Notes: generated by a model not told the origin, from the sequence alone. Positions 18,327 to 28,081 are shown, numbered from the stretch's first letter. The stretch: 64,000 nucleotides of DNA from Planctomycetota bacterium (GCA_029212845.1 JARGPD010000003.1:3417-67416), one strand, 5' to 3'. Translations and numbers: made by a program.

Positions 18327-20537
18327 CTACTCCAGGCTTCTGGCACAGCGGAACCCGAAGGAGACGCTGCCCAGGGTGCCGCCGAAATCCAGGATCTCCA
18401 TGCTCGGGAGGATGCCACCACGACGCCCGTGGGTGTAAGTCCCACCTGCCACGACGGAGTACTTGACCTCCGCGGACTGCCAGTCCATGAGGTCGGGTGG
18501 CGCGACCAGACTCTCGGTCAGCTCGGCGACGTTCCCGAGCATGTGGTGCAGGCCGGTCGGCGTGTCGCCCTCCGGCCGCGAGTCCACGGGCTCGACGTTG
18601 AGCAGGTAGGTGGCGACCTTGTCGGCGAGGTCGAGCCCCGGCACGGACTCGTAGCCCTCGATGTTCGCGCTGCCCCCCTCGGGGTCGGGTCCCCAGGGGT
18701 AGCGCGCGAAGGACGGACCCCGGCCCGCGTACTCGAGCTCCGTCGAGAAGGGCAGGCGCAGTCCGTACCACTCCGCGTAGGCGCGCGCCTCCTTCAGGGT
18801 GACCAGCATCACCGGCAGCTCGTCGGGGATGCTGTCCACCACTTCGCTGCTCCAGCCCGCAGGCCTCGGCGCGCCGCTCTCCTTCAAGTAGCGGCGGTAC
18901 TGACCGAACGAGACCTCGTGGACATCCAGGGCGAAGGGCGCCAGGTGGATGACCCGCTCTCGATCGGGGTCGCCCGCGGCATTGGTGTAGCCGACCAGGA
19001 TGCCCTCCTGCTCGTTCTCCCAGGGGGCGGGCTCGGGCCGGAACTCCACCATCTCGTGCTGCTCGGGCAGCCCCGTCCAGAGCCGTACTCCCAGCTCCAA
19101 GTCCGGACCCTCCCACCGGATGTTCCGGATCAGGTCCTGGCGGATCCCCTCGTCCGACTCGGCCCGGATGCGCCAGGTCCCCGTACCGGGGCGGAAGCCG
19201 TCCCCGGCCGTCGCGCCGACCTCACGCGACTCCCCGAGCGGCTCCCCGGTGTACTCGTCGAGCTGCACGACCGAGATCCGCACCGACCCCAGGGCACCCC
19301 CCTCGGCCAGCTCGGCCGTGAGCCGCACGAGCGGCAGCGACATGCGCTCCTGGTAGGACTGGAACGCGAGCACCGCCAGCACGGTCGCCGCGCCTGCGGT
19401 GACCCCCGCCGTCACTGCCCGGTTGCGCCCGGCCTTCCGCGCCAGGAGGCGCAGGGGGCTTGGCCTGCGGGCGAGGATGGGCTCCTTGCGGAGGTAGCGG
19501 CCGAGGTCCGCGGCGAACTCGGCCGCCGACGCATAGCGATCCGAAGCACGCTTCTCCATCGCCTTGCCGCAGATCACGCGCAGGTCCCGGGGCACATCGC
19601 CGGCGACCTTGGCCAGCGGCTTGGGGTCGCGGACGATGATCTTGTCGATGACCTCCTTCGAGGTTCGACCCGAGAAGGGCTTGGTGAAGGCCAGGAGCTC
19701 GTACAGCACGACCCCGAGCGAGTAGACGTCGGTGCGCGCGTCGACCTTGCCCTTCACCGCGCGGGCCTGCTCGGGGCTCATGTAGTGGGGCGTCCCTTCG
19801 ACCTTGTCCGTGATCGTGATGCTGCCGAGGCGCTCGTCCTTGGCCAGGCCGAAGTCGACGATGCGCGGCCGGGCGTCCGGCTCGAGGATGATGTTGTTGG
19901 GCTTGATGTCCCGGTGCACGACGCCGGCATCGTGGGCGTGGGCCAAGGACTCGGCGCAGCTCATCACGACGGCCGCCACCGCTCGGAAGTAGAGCTCGCC
20001 GCGGCCGCCGCCGAGGATCCCGCCGCCCGCGAGCTGCAGCTCGATCTCGCGCGCGAGGTCGTGGCCCGGCACGAGCTCCATCGAGAAGTAGTGGTGGCTG
20101 CCGGTCGAGTCCTCGTGGCTGCCCACCTCGAAGACCTGCACGATGCCCGTGTGGCGCAGCCCAGCAGCCGCCTTGGCCTCGCGCACGAAGCGCTTGACGC
20201 GCTGCTCGCTGAGGGCGAAGTGGTGCGGCATGACCTTGATCGCCACCTCGCGATCGAGGCTGACCTGGAGCGCGCGGTAGACGATGCCCGTGCCGCCGCT
20301 GCCGAGCTCTTCGAGCAGGCGGTAGTCCCCGAACAGCTGGCCGACTGCCGAGGGCGCGACCTTGGCGTGCTCGAGGAAGTCGTCCTCGCGGTCGGACGCG
20401 AGCAGCTCGAGGACCTCGGCCAGGACCTCCGGCTCGGCCGCACACTCCCCTTCTAGGAATGCCTGGCGCTCGCCGTCGGGCAGCTCGACCGCCTGGTCGA
20501 ACAGCTGCTTGACCCGTGTCCAGCGGTCGGGGCTCAT
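18327..20537 (-). CDS. Hanks-type Ser/Thr protein kinase with a TM segment and a C-terminal FGE/SUMF1-like domain
   Basis: LGSGGTGIVY, VAIK, HRDIKPNN, IVDFGLAK, GTPHYMSPEQ, DVYSLG; then FALDVHEVSFGQY, LRLPFSTELEYAGRG, YPWG, GLHHMLGNVAE, GFRCARS. Confidence 0.95.
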   Translation of the reverse strand: MSPDRWTRVKQLFDQAVELPDGERQAFLEGECAAEPEVLAEVLELLASDREDDFLEHAKVAPSAVGQLFGDYRLLEELGSGGTGIVYRALQVSLDREVAIKVMPHHFALSEQRVKRFVREAKAAAGLRHTGIVQVFEVGSHEDSTGSHHYFSMELVPGHDLAREIELQLAGGGILGGGRGELYFRAVAAVVMSCAESLAHAHDAGVVHRDIKPNNIILEPDARPRIVDFGLAKDERLGSITITDKVEGTPHYMSPEQARAVKGKVDARTDVYSLGVVLYELLAFTKPFSGRTSKEVIDKIIVRDPKPLAKVAGDVPRDLRVICGKAMEKRASDRYASAAEFAADLGRYLRKEPILARRPSPLRLLARKAGRNRAVTAGVTAGAATVLAVLAFQSYQERMSLPLVRLTAELAEGGALGSVRISVVQLDEYTGEPLGESREVGATAGDGFRPGTGTWRIRAESDEGIRQDLIRNIRWEGPDLELGVRLWTGLPEQHEMVEFRPEPAPWENEQEGILVGYTNAAGDPDRERVIHLAPFALDVHEVSFGQYRRYLKESGAPRPAGWSSEVVDSIPDELPVMLVTLKEARAYAEWYGLRLPFSTELEYAGRGPSFARYPWGPDPEGGSANIEGYESVPGLDLADKVATYLLNVEPVDSRPEGDTPTGLHHMLGNVAELTESLVAPPDLMDWQSAEVKYSVVAGGTYTHGRRGGILPSMEILDFGGTLGSVSFGFRCARSLE

Positions 20538-20619
20538 GGGTGTCTCTGGGTCCTTTTACCTGTCATGGAGCAAACTCCATGGGCACCACGCATTCGCTGT
20601 GGCCGCACCGCCAGGATTT

Positions 20620-21180
20620 TCAAACGTCCCCGAGTTCCTTGCGCAGCTTGGCCTTGGCCAGGCGCCACTCGCGCTGGGCCGTGCGCGTGGACATCCCCAG
20701 GGACTTGGCGGCATCCTCCATCGAGCAGCCCCCGAAGAAGCACAGCTCGACCAGGGATGCCATGCGCCGGTCGGTCTTGGCCAGCAGCTCGAGGGCGTCG
20801 TCGAGGGCCAGGATGTCCCCCGCACTGGCCTCGACCACGTTGACGGCCGAGTCCAGGGCCACGCGCTCCCCCTCCGCGTTGCGCTTCTGGCTGCCCTTCT
20901 TGCGGGCGTGATCGACCAGGATCGAGCGCATCGCTCGAGAGGCCAGCCCCAGGAAGTGCTCCCGGCTGTCCCAGGCAGCGGCCTCGCCGGCCAGCTTCAT
21001 GCGGCTGGAGAGCTTGAGGTAGACCTCGTTCACGAGCGCCGTGGCCTGGAGCGTGTGCCCCGCCGATTGGCGCGACATCTGGCGCCGCGCGAGGCCGTGC
21101 AGCTCGTCGTACACCGACGCGAAGAGCTCCTCGGAAGCCAGGTCCGGCTCGTGCGTGGTTTCGGGTTGTTCGTCCTGCAA
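20620..21180 (-). CDS. ECF RNA polymerase sigma factor (TIGR02999-like, kinase-associated)
   Basis: VYDELHGLARRQM...HTLQATALVNEVYLKL...SREHFLGLASRAMRSILVDHAR...REWRLAKAKL; TTG start with GGGAGAGG RBS. Confidence 0.92.
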   Translation of the reverse strand: MQDEQPETTHEPDLASEELFASVYDELHGLARRQMSRQSAGHTLQATALVNEVYLKLSSRMKLAGEAAAWDSREHFLGLASRAMRSILVDHARKKGSQKRNAEGERVALDSAVNVVEASAGDILALDDALELLAKTDRRMASLVELCFFGGCSMEDAAKSLGMSTRTAQREWRLAKAKLRKELGDV

Positions 21181-21244
21181 AAATGCCTCTCCCGGCAGAC
21201 CGGGCGTGGGAACTAGGCGGCCGATCGCCCGTCCTGGAAGCTTG

Positions 21245-21268
21245 GAAGACTCCTCCCTCGGAGTCTTC
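21245..21268. other. Perfect 9-bp inverted repeat (GAAGACTCC-N6-GGAGTCTTC), possible terminator or operator
   Basis: Seen directly between the VOC-cupin stop (21402) and the ECF start (21180); no U-tract. Confidence 0.4.
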
Positions 21269-21401
21269 ACGTTCCAAACGATCGACTGAGCCCAGCTCGA
21301 ACCTACGTCTAGTCTAACCGGAAGAGACTTGGAACCGGACCCGGGGGCCTGCTCCGTGAGACCCCACGCAAAGCCAAGGCACTCGCCGCCCGGAAATTGG
21401 A

Positions 21402-22343
21402 TCATTCCTCGAGAACCTTCGGCCAGGGCGAGTCGCAGGGCTCGCTCGGCGGCGTGCCGACGTAGGCCTCGGGGGGCGCAGGCGTGTCGATGGCGGAGCT
21501 CGCGCCGACGGTCCCGGCCAGGTCGTCAACCGGGTAGAACAGCCGCCTGGCGCCGTCCCGACGACCGATCATGAGGATCGAGCAGGGACCCTCGCCCGCC
21601 CCGACCAAGACGTGGGTCACCCCCGGGGGGCAGTGGAAGTAGTCCCAGCGCGAGAGGGACCGGTCCTGGCCGTCGACGAGCACGCGGGCCGCTCCCGAGA
21701 GCACCAGGAAGCCCTCCTGGAGGTCCTCGCGGTGGTAGAGGCAGGCCGGCTGGCCGGGCTCGAGCACATGCACGTGCAGCCCGAAGCCCGTGAAGCGCTC
21801 GCCGGCCTCGAAGGAGTTGGCCGTTCCGAAGCGCGGGTTCTTCGTCCAGGGCAGGTCCGCCAGGTTGGCGATGTACCAGCCGGGCCCCGTGGGCCTCGGC
21901 CCGCCGGCTGGGCCGACCTCGCTGGGCGCCTCGGGCACGGCGTGGCCCGCCATCGGATCGCCCTCCACGGTCGCGAGGGCCAGCACCTGGCCGTCGGGAT
22001 CGGCGACGTAGGCGACGCGCTCGCCCCAGGAGCGCCGCTCGAAGGGCAGGAGGGCCCGGCCGCCGGCGGCGACGGCACGCTCGAGGGCGGCCTCGGCGTC
22101 CCCGAGGCGCAGGTAGACCTCGGCCTTGGGCAGGGTGCGCTCGTCGAGCACCTCGGGCAGGGCCTCGCCCAGGATCGGGCCGATCGAGCTTTGCGGCATC
22201 AGCCCCAGGTTGCCCCCACCGGGCAGGGGGAACTCGGTCATGCCGGGCACGTCCGTGCGCGGAGGGCCCTGGAGCACGGCGCCGTAGAAGGCCTTGGCGC
22301 GGTCTTGGTCGGCCACGTAGAGGATGAAGATTCCGTCGGTCAT
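21402..22343 (-). CDS. Glyoxalase/VOC-family domain fused to a cupin domain
   Basis: ILYVADQDRAKAFY...WGERVAYVADPDG (VOC), then VLEPGQPACLYHREDLQEGFLVLSG...FHCPPGVTH (cupin). Confidence 0.82.
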   Translation of the reverse strand: MTDGIFILYVADQDRAKAFYGAVLQGPPRTDVPGMTEFPLPGGGNLGLMPQSSIGPILGEALPEVLDERTLPKAEVYLRLGDAEAALERAVAAGGRALLPFERRSWGERVAYVADPDGQVLALATVEGDPMAGHAVPEAPSEVGPAGGPRPTGPGWYIANLADLPWTKNPRFGTANSFEAGERFTGFGLHVHVLEPGQPACLYHREDLQEGFLVLSGAARVLVDGQDRSLSRWDYFHCPPGVTHVLVGAGEGPCSILMIGRRDGARRLFYPVDDLAGTVGASSAIDTPAPPEAYVGTPPSEPCDSPWPKVLEE

Positions 22344-22360
22344 GGCGAGGCTCGGGGGGC

Positions 22361-23221
22361 TCAGGGCCGCTGGAGCACGGCGCAGAGGGGTGGGGTCGCG
22401 TCGGTAAGCAGCTGCTGGAAGCGGGCGGCGACTGCGGCACCCGCCTCCATGACCTCGTCGTGGGAGAGGGGCACGGGGCTGATGCCGGCGGCGAGGTTGG
22501 TGATGCAGGAGATGGCGACGACGCGCATGCCCGCGGCGGCGGCGGCCGAGGCCTCGAGCACGGTGCTCATGCCGACCGCGTCGCCGCCGAAGCGGCGCGC
22601 CATCTCGACCTCGGCGGGGGTCTCGTAGGCCGGGCCGAGGTTGCCGACGTAGACGCCGACCTCGAGCGGGTTCCGGGTCTCGGCCGCGACCCGATCGAGC
22701 ACCGCGCCGAGCTCGAGGTCGTGGACGACGCCGCTCGAGCCGGGGCCTTGGTAGGCCGACTCGCCCGCGAAGAGCGGCGACACGCCCTGCCAGTTGAGCT
22801 GGTCGCTCAGCCGCATCAGGGTGCCCGGCTCGAAGGCCGCGTTCGCACCGCCGGCGGCGTTGGTCAGGAGCAGCCCTGGGATCCCGCAGGCGGCGAAGGC
22901 GCGCACGGCGCGGGTCACCTCGAAGGCCGTCCAGCCCTCGTACAGGTGCACGCGCCCCTGCTGCACCAGGACGCGTCGGCCCCCGAGGGTGCCGGCCACC
23001 AGGCGGCCCGCATGGCCCGGCACCGCGCTGGTTGGCATGCCGGGGATCTCGTCGTAGGAGACGGCAAAGGAGTCCTCGAGCGCGTCCGCGAAGACGCCCA
23101 AGCCGGAGCCGAGCACCATCGCTAGCTCGACCTCCTCGATGCCGAGGCCCGCGATCCCCCGCAGGGAGCCCGCGAGTGCCTCGACCGCGTCGATCGCGGC
23201 CCGATCTTGGGTGTCCACCAT
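22361..23221 (-). CDS. punA: Purine-nucleoside phosphorylase (trimeric PNP type)
   Basis: VLGSGLG, VPGHAGRL, QGRVHLYEG, TNAAGG, GPAYETPAE, DAVGMSTVLE, ITNLAAG, LSHDEV. Confidence 0.95.
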   Translation of the reverse strand: MVDTQDRAAIDAVEALAGSLRGIAGLGIEEVELAMVLGSGLGVFADALEDSFAVSYDEIPGMPTSAVPGHAGRLVAGTLGGRRVLVQQGRVHLYEGWTAFEVTRAVRAFAACGIPGLLLTNAAGGANAAFEPGTLMRLSDQLNWQGVSPLFAGESAYQGPGSSGVVHDLELGAVLDRVAAETRNPLEVGVYVGNLGPAYETPAEVEMARRFGGDAVGMSTVLEASAAAAAGMRVVAISCITNLAAGISPVPLSHDEVMEAGAAVAARFQQLLTDATPPLCAVLQRP

Positions 23222-23230
23222 GGTCGGATC

Positions 23231-25036
23231 CTACAGGAAGGCGCCGGCCACGGTCGCGGTCATCCAGCTGGCGAAGGCGCCGCCGAGCATCGCGCGCACG
23301 GCCAGCTTGGCCAGGTCGCTCTTGCGCTCGGGCGCCAGGGCCGCGATGCCGCCCAGCTGGATCCCGATCGAGCCGAAGTTGGCGAAGCCGCACAGGGCGT
23401 AGGCCGCCATGATCGCCGAGCGGCTCGAGTGGAAGCCGTCCTTGCCGCCGCCGGCGAGGGCGGTCAGGTCGCCCATGGCGACGAACTCGTTGATCGCGAT
23501 CTTGATGCCGAGCAAGGAACCGAACAGCTCGCAGTCGTGCCAGCCCTCGACCCCCATCGCCCAGGCCACCGGCGAGAAGACCCAGCCGAAGATGCGCGAC
23601 AGGGACAGGCCGCCCGAGTCCGCGAGCCAGGCGTCGCCGATCGCCCCGAGCGGCCAGTCGATCAGGGCGACGAGACCGACAAAGGCGATCAGCATCGCGA
23701 TCACGTTCAGGTACAGCTTGAGCCCGTCGGTGGTGCCGTTGGCCGCGGCCTCGACCAGGTTCGAGGCGTTCTTGTCCATGCGCAGCTCGACGCTGCCGCC
23801 GGTCGCGGAGACCTCGCGCTCGGGCAGCATGATCTTCGCGATCAGGAAGGCGGCCGGCGCCGACATGACCGACGCGGTCAAGAGGTGCGGGCCGATCTGG
23901 GGGCCGAGGAAGCCCATGTAGACCGCCAGCACCGAGCCGGCGATCGTCGCGAAGCCGCCGGTCATCAGGGCGTTGAGCTCCGACTGGGTCATCTTGTCGA
24001 TGTACGGCTTGACCACCAGCGGCGCTTCGGTCTGGCCGACGAAGACGTTGGCCGCCATCGCCATCGACTCGGCCCCCGACACGCCGAGCAGCTTGCTCAT
24101 CACCTTGGCCAGGGCGTAGATCAGGACCTGCATCACACCGAGGTGGTACAGCACGCTCATCATCGCGCTGAAGAAGATGATCACCAGGAGGCCAGAGCCA
24201 GCGAAGGCGAAGATGAAGCCCGAGGTCCCTGGGTCGGCCAGCGGGCCGAAGACGAGCTCGGCGCCGGCGGCGGCCTTGCTGACCAGGGTCGCGAAGAAGG
24301 TCGCGAGGACCTCGAAGAAGGCGCGGCCGAGGTCGGTGCCAAGGATCAGACCAGCCAGGCCGAACTGCAGCACGAGGCCGAAGCCGACCACGCGCCAGGG
24401 GAAGTGCTGCTTGTAGCTCGACATCAGCCAGGCGACGAAGCAGAAGAAGCCTAGGCCGAGCCCGGCGCGCAGGACGCGGTAGAGCAAGAGCATCAGGTCG
24501 AAGGGCGCGACCTGCACCGACACCATCAGCACGCTCGCGTCCGCGCCTGCCGTCTCGCTGTAGAAGTAGGTGATGCCGCGGTAGCCGAGGGCCTCGGTGC
24601 TCGCCAGCTTGGGCGCGCCGGCGCCAGCCTCGGCGGCCTCACTTTCGGGCTCGCCGTGCAGCTGGCGCACCTCGGCGATCGGACTGCCGACGGCCAGCCC
24701 GGTCATGGTCTGGAAGCCCGCCCCGACCACCGCGATTCCGCTGAGCACCTGCTCCTCGTCGAAGGTCAGGAACAGCCCAGCCGCCTCGAACGGCCGGCGC
24801 GCTTCGGCGGTGAGTGAGCCGAGCACCTTGTCCAGGGTCGCGGTCCCGATGCGCAGGTTGCCGACGCGCTCGCCGGGGACGATGACGCGGTCGCCGAGCC
24901 AGGTATCGAGCTCGCTGAACTCAGCGCTCCCGCCGCCGCCCTGGAGCGCGGGCTGGGCGTCCGCCGAGGGTGCGGCGGCGAGCAGGAGGAGGCCGGTGAG
25001 GAGCGCGAGGAGTCGGGTCACGAGGGGGGGTCGCAT
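23231..25036 (-). CDS. nupC: Concentrative nucleoside transporter (CNT/NupC) with an extra N-terminal exported domain
   Basis: WRVVGFGLVLQF, IIFFSAMMSVLYHLG, NVFVGQTEAPL, GFATIAGSV, SVMSAPA, NEFVA, YALCGFANFGSIGIQLGG; preceded by a signal peptide and about 150 aa of soluble sequence. Confidence 0.94.
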   Translation of the reverse strand: MRPPLVTRLLALLTGLLLLAAAPSADAQPALQGGGGSAEFSELDTWLGDRVIVPGERVGNLRIGTATLDKVLGSLTAEARRPFEAAGLFLTFDEEQVLSGIAVVGAGFQTMTGLAVGSPIAEVRQLHGEPESEAAEAGAGAPKLASTEALGYRGITYFYSETAGADASVLMVSVQVAPFDLMLLLYRVLRAGLGLGFFCFVAWLMSSYKQHFPWRVVGFGLVLQFGLAGLILGTDLGRAFFEVLATFFATLVSKAAAGAELVFGPLADPGTSGFIFAFAGSGLLVIIFFSAMMSVLYHLGVMQVLIYALAKVMSKLLGVSGAESMAMAANVFVGQTEAPLVVKPYIDKMTQSELNALMTGGFATIAGSVLAVYMGFLGPQIGPHLLTASVMSAPAAFLIAKIMLPEREVSATGGSVELRMDKNASNLVEAAANGTTDGLKLYLNVIAMLIAFVGLVALIDWPLGAIGDAWLADSGGLSLSRIFGWVFSPVAWAMGVEGWHDCELFGSLLGIKIAINEFVAMGDLTALAGGGKDGFHSSRSAIMAAYALCGFANFGSIGIQLGGIAALAPERKSDLAKLAVRAMLGGAFASWMTATVAGAFL

Positions 25037-25108
25037 GGCCGAATCTTACGGGACGCGCGGACGTGGGCGGACGGACGGCGTCCGAGCAATCTCAGGGTCT
25101 CCCCGGCC

Positions 25109-26407
25109 CTAGTCGAGCAGCAGCGGCGTCGGCTCGATCGGCTCGTCGCACAGCTCGAAGCTCGCCTGCAGCTTGGCGCGGGCCGCGTCGAGCCCACGAC
25201 CGGCGCGGTGGTGGACCCGCAGGATCGGGTCGCCGGCGCCGAGCTGGCAGCCCTCGTCCGCCAGGATCGTCAGGCCGACGCCCGGGTCGATCTCGTCGCC
25301 GAGCTGCTTGCGGCCGCCGCCGAGCTCGCCGACGGCGAGGCCCATGGCGCGCAGGTCGCACCAGGCCAGGTAGCCCGCACGATCCGCGCACAGGGTCTCG
25401 GTCTTGCCGGTTAGATCTAGGCCACCCTCGAGGCAGGCTGCGTCGCCGCCCTGCTCGGCGGTCAGCTGAACGAAGCGCTCGAAGGCCCGGCCGTCGTCGA
25501 GGCTGGCCGCGACCTTGGCCTCACCCTCCGCGCGATCGTCCGCGAGGCCGACGAGGCGCAGCAGCTCGCCGCCCTGCAAGCACACGAGCTCGCGCAGGTC
25601 GGCCGGACCCTCGCCGCGCAGGCAGGCCAGGCTCTCGTTGATCTCGCTCGCGTTGCCGATCTCGCGCCCGAGCGGACGCGCCATGTTGGTCTGGAAGGCC
25701 GTCGCGCGCACGCCGCACTCGCCGGCGATGCGCACCATCGTGCGCGCCAGCTCGGCGCCGCGCGCGGGGTCGGTCAGGAAGGCACCCGAGCCGAACTTCA
25801 CGTCGAGCACGAGCGCGTCGATGCCCTCGGCCAGCTTCTTCGAGAGGATCGAGCTGGTGATCAGCGGGATCGACTCGATCAGCCCGGTCACGTCGCGCAG
25901 GGCGTAGAGCTTGCGGTCCGCGGGCACCAGGTCCGCGGTCTGGCCGCCGAGCGCCAGGCCGGTCTTCACCAGCACGCGCCGGAACTCGGCGGGCTCGAGG
26001 CCGGTGCGGAAGCCGGGGATCGCCTCGAGCTTGTCGAGGGTGCCGCCGGTGTGGCCGAGCCCGCGGCCGCTGATCATCGGCACGAACGCGCCGCAGGCCG
26101 CCACGGCCGGGGCCAGCGGGATCGAGACCTTGTCGCCGATGCCACCGGTCGAGTGCTTGTCGACCTTCGGCCCGTCGAGCTCGCTGAAGTCGAACACGTC
26201 CCCCGAGTGCAGCATCGCGCGGGTCAGCACGGCCAGCTCGGCGTCCTCCATCCCATGGATGAAGATCGCCATCAAGAGCGCCGAGGCCTGGTAGTCCGGC
26301 ACCTCGCCGGCGGTGTAGGCCGCGACGAAGGCCTCGACATCGGCGTCGGCGATGCGCCCCCCGTCGCGCTTGGTCGCGAGCAGGGCGCGCACGTCGAGCC
26401 GACTCAC
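25109..26407 (-). CDS. pdp: Pyrimidine-nucleoside/thymidine phosphorylase
   Basis: GTG start overlapping the deoB stop; KRDG, PDYQASALLMAI, VDKHSTGGIGDK, SGRGLGHTGGTLDKLE, SILSKKLAEG, DVKFGSGAF. Confidence 0.95.
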   Translation of the reverse strand: MSRLDVRALLATKRDGGRIADADVEAFVAAYTAGEVPDYQASALLMAIFIHGMEDAELAVLTRAMLHSGDVFDFSELDGPKVDKHSTGGIGDKVSIPLAPAVAACGAFVPMISGRGLGHTGGTLDKLEAIPGFRTGLEPAEFRRVLVKTGLALGGQTADLVPADRKLYALRDVTGLIESIPLITSSILSKKLAEGIDALVLDVKFGSGAFLTDPARGAELARTMVRIAGECGVRATAFQTNMARPLGREIGNASEINESLACLRGEGPADLRELVCLQGGELLRLVGLADDRAEGEAKVAASLDDGRAFERFVQLTAEQGGDAACLEGGLDLTGKTETLCADRAGYLAWCDLRAMGLAVGELGGGRKQLGDEIDPGVGLTILADEGCQLGAGDPILRVHHRAGRGLDAARAKLQASFELCDEPIEPTPLLLD

Positions 26408-27612
26408 TCGCCGAGCTCCGACAGGAACGAGCGGCCCTCGGTCGGCGTGGTCCCGAACAGCTCCTCGACCGTCGCGCCGATGTCGGCGAAGCTCGAGCGT
26501 GTGCCCAGCTCGACGCCCCTCGCGCCGGTCAGGCCGTGGCGCCAGGCGACCACAGGAACGTACTCGCGCGTGTGGTCGGTGCCGACCGGGTGGCTGGGGT
26601 CGTTGCCGTGGTCGGCGGTCAGGATCACCAGGTCGCCCGTCCGAAGCTCGGCCTCGAGGGCCGGGAAGTCCGCGTCGAACTCCTCGAGCGCGCGCCCGTA
26701 GCCGGCGACGTCGCGGCGATGACCGAACAGCATGTCGAAGTCGACCAGGTTCACGAAGGCGAGGCCGCTCTCGAGCTCGCGCGCCACCGCGGTCGTGTGC
26801 AGCATGCCGTCGCGGTTGCCCTCGGTGTGGACCGAGCGCGTGACCCCGCGGCCCGCGAAGATGTCCTCGATCTTGCCCACGCCGACCACCTCGACGCCGG
26901 CCGCCACCAGGCGGTCGAGGGAGGTCTGTCGCGGCGGCACCATGGAGAAGTCGCGGCGGTCGTAGGTGCGCTGGAAGCGGTGCGGACCGCCCGGCTCGGC
27001 GTCGATGAAGGGTCGCGCGATGACACGCCCGACGCCGTAGGGATCGAGGATGTCGCGCGCGATGCGGCAGTGCTCGTACAAGCGCTCGAGCCCATAGGTC
27101 GGGACGTGGACCGCGACCTGGAAGACGCTGTCGGCGCTGGTGTAGACGATCGGCTTGCCGGTCTCGATGTGCTCCTGGCCGAGGCGCTCGATGACCTCGG
27201 TGCCCGAGGCGGCCGCGTTGCACAGCACGCCGGCGAGGCCGGTGCGCTCGAGGAAGGGATCGAGGATCTCCGCCGGGAAGCCCTCGGGGTAGACCGGGAA
27301 GGGTGCGTCGAGGGTGCAGCCCATCAGCTCCCAGTGGCCGGTCGAGGTGTCCTTGCCGGGTGAGCGCTCGGTGCAGCGACCCACGGCGGCGCGGTGGGCG
27401 ACGTCCGCGGGCGGACGCTCGACCGCCTCGACACCGGGCACGCAGCCGAGGCCGAGCTCGACCAGGTTGGGGATCTTCCAGCCCCCCGCTTGCTCGTGCA
27501 TGTGGCCGGCGATGTGGTCGAGGGTGTGCGCCCCGACGTCGCCGAAGGCTTCGGCGTCGGGCAGGGCGCCGACCCCGAGGGAGTCGAGCACGATCACGAA
27601 AGCGCGTGGCAT
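26404..27612 (-). CDS. deoB: Phosphopentomutase
   Basis: RAFVIVLDSLGVG, GKDTSTGHWE, YTSADSVFQ, RVIARPF, NLVDFDMLFGHRRD, TADHGNDP, DHTREYVP. Confidence 0.96.
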   Translation of the reverse strand: MPRAFVIVLDSLGVGALPDAEAFGDVGAHTLDHIAGHMHEQAGGWKIPNLVELGLGCVPGVEAVERPPADVAHRAAVGRCTERSPGKDTSTGHWELMGCTLDAPFPVYPEGFPAEILDPFLERTGLAGVLCNAAASGTEVIERLGQEHIETGKPIVYTSADSVFQVAVHVPTYGLERLYEHCRIARDILDPYGVGRVIARPFIDAEPGGPHRFQRTYDRRDFSMVPPRQTSLDRLVAAGVEVVGVGKIEDIFAGRGVTRSVHTEGNRDGMLHTTAVARELESGLAFVNLVDFDMLFGHRRDVAGYGRALEEFDADFPALEAELRTGDLVILTADHGNDPSHPVGTDHTREYVPVVAWRHGLTGARGVELGTRSSFADIGATVEELFGTTPTEGRSFLSELGE

Positions 27613-27640
27613 GGGTCCGGTTGGCAAGGGGGAGGGTGGC

Positions 27641-28081
27641 CTAGATGTTCGGCTGGAAGCGCTTGTGGCAAGCGACGCAGGACTGCTGGGTGCGGATGAA
27701 GCCGGCGCGCATGCCGTCGACGTCGCTGGCCTCGGCCGAGGTGGCCAGCTGCTCGACCCCGGCGCGCAGCCAGCCGAGGTAAGCCTCGAACAAGGCGCGA
27801 TCGCCGAGGAAGGCGGGCTCGTCGTAGTAGGCCTGCCAGGCGGGGTCCATCGCCCAGGACTGCATCGAGCGCGCCGCCGAGGCCACGACCGGCGTCTGGT
27901 TCGGCGCGCGCAGGATCGGCTCGATCGTGCGGTTCAGGGCGTCGACCTCGAACATGACGTGGCGCAGGGCGGGCGGAGTGCCGAGCTCGAGGGTCCCAAA
28001 GGCGTCCTCGCCGGGCGCCTGGTCGCAGGCGGCGGGGACGAGGGCCAGGATGGCGGCGGCGAGGGCTAGGGGGAGGCGCAT
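27641..28081 (-). CDS. Lipoprotein class II cytochrome c (cytochrome c'-like)
   Basis: Lipobox VPAAC; helical composition; C-terminal CVACH heme motif followed by KRF. Confidence 0.8.
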   Translation of the reverse strand: MRLPLALAAAILALVPAACDQAPGEDAFGTLELGTPPALRHVMFEVDALNRTIEPILRAPNQTPVVASAARSMQSWAMDPAWQAYYDEPAFLGDRALFEAYLGWLRAGVEQLATSAEASDVDGMRAGFIRTQQSCVACHKRFQPNI

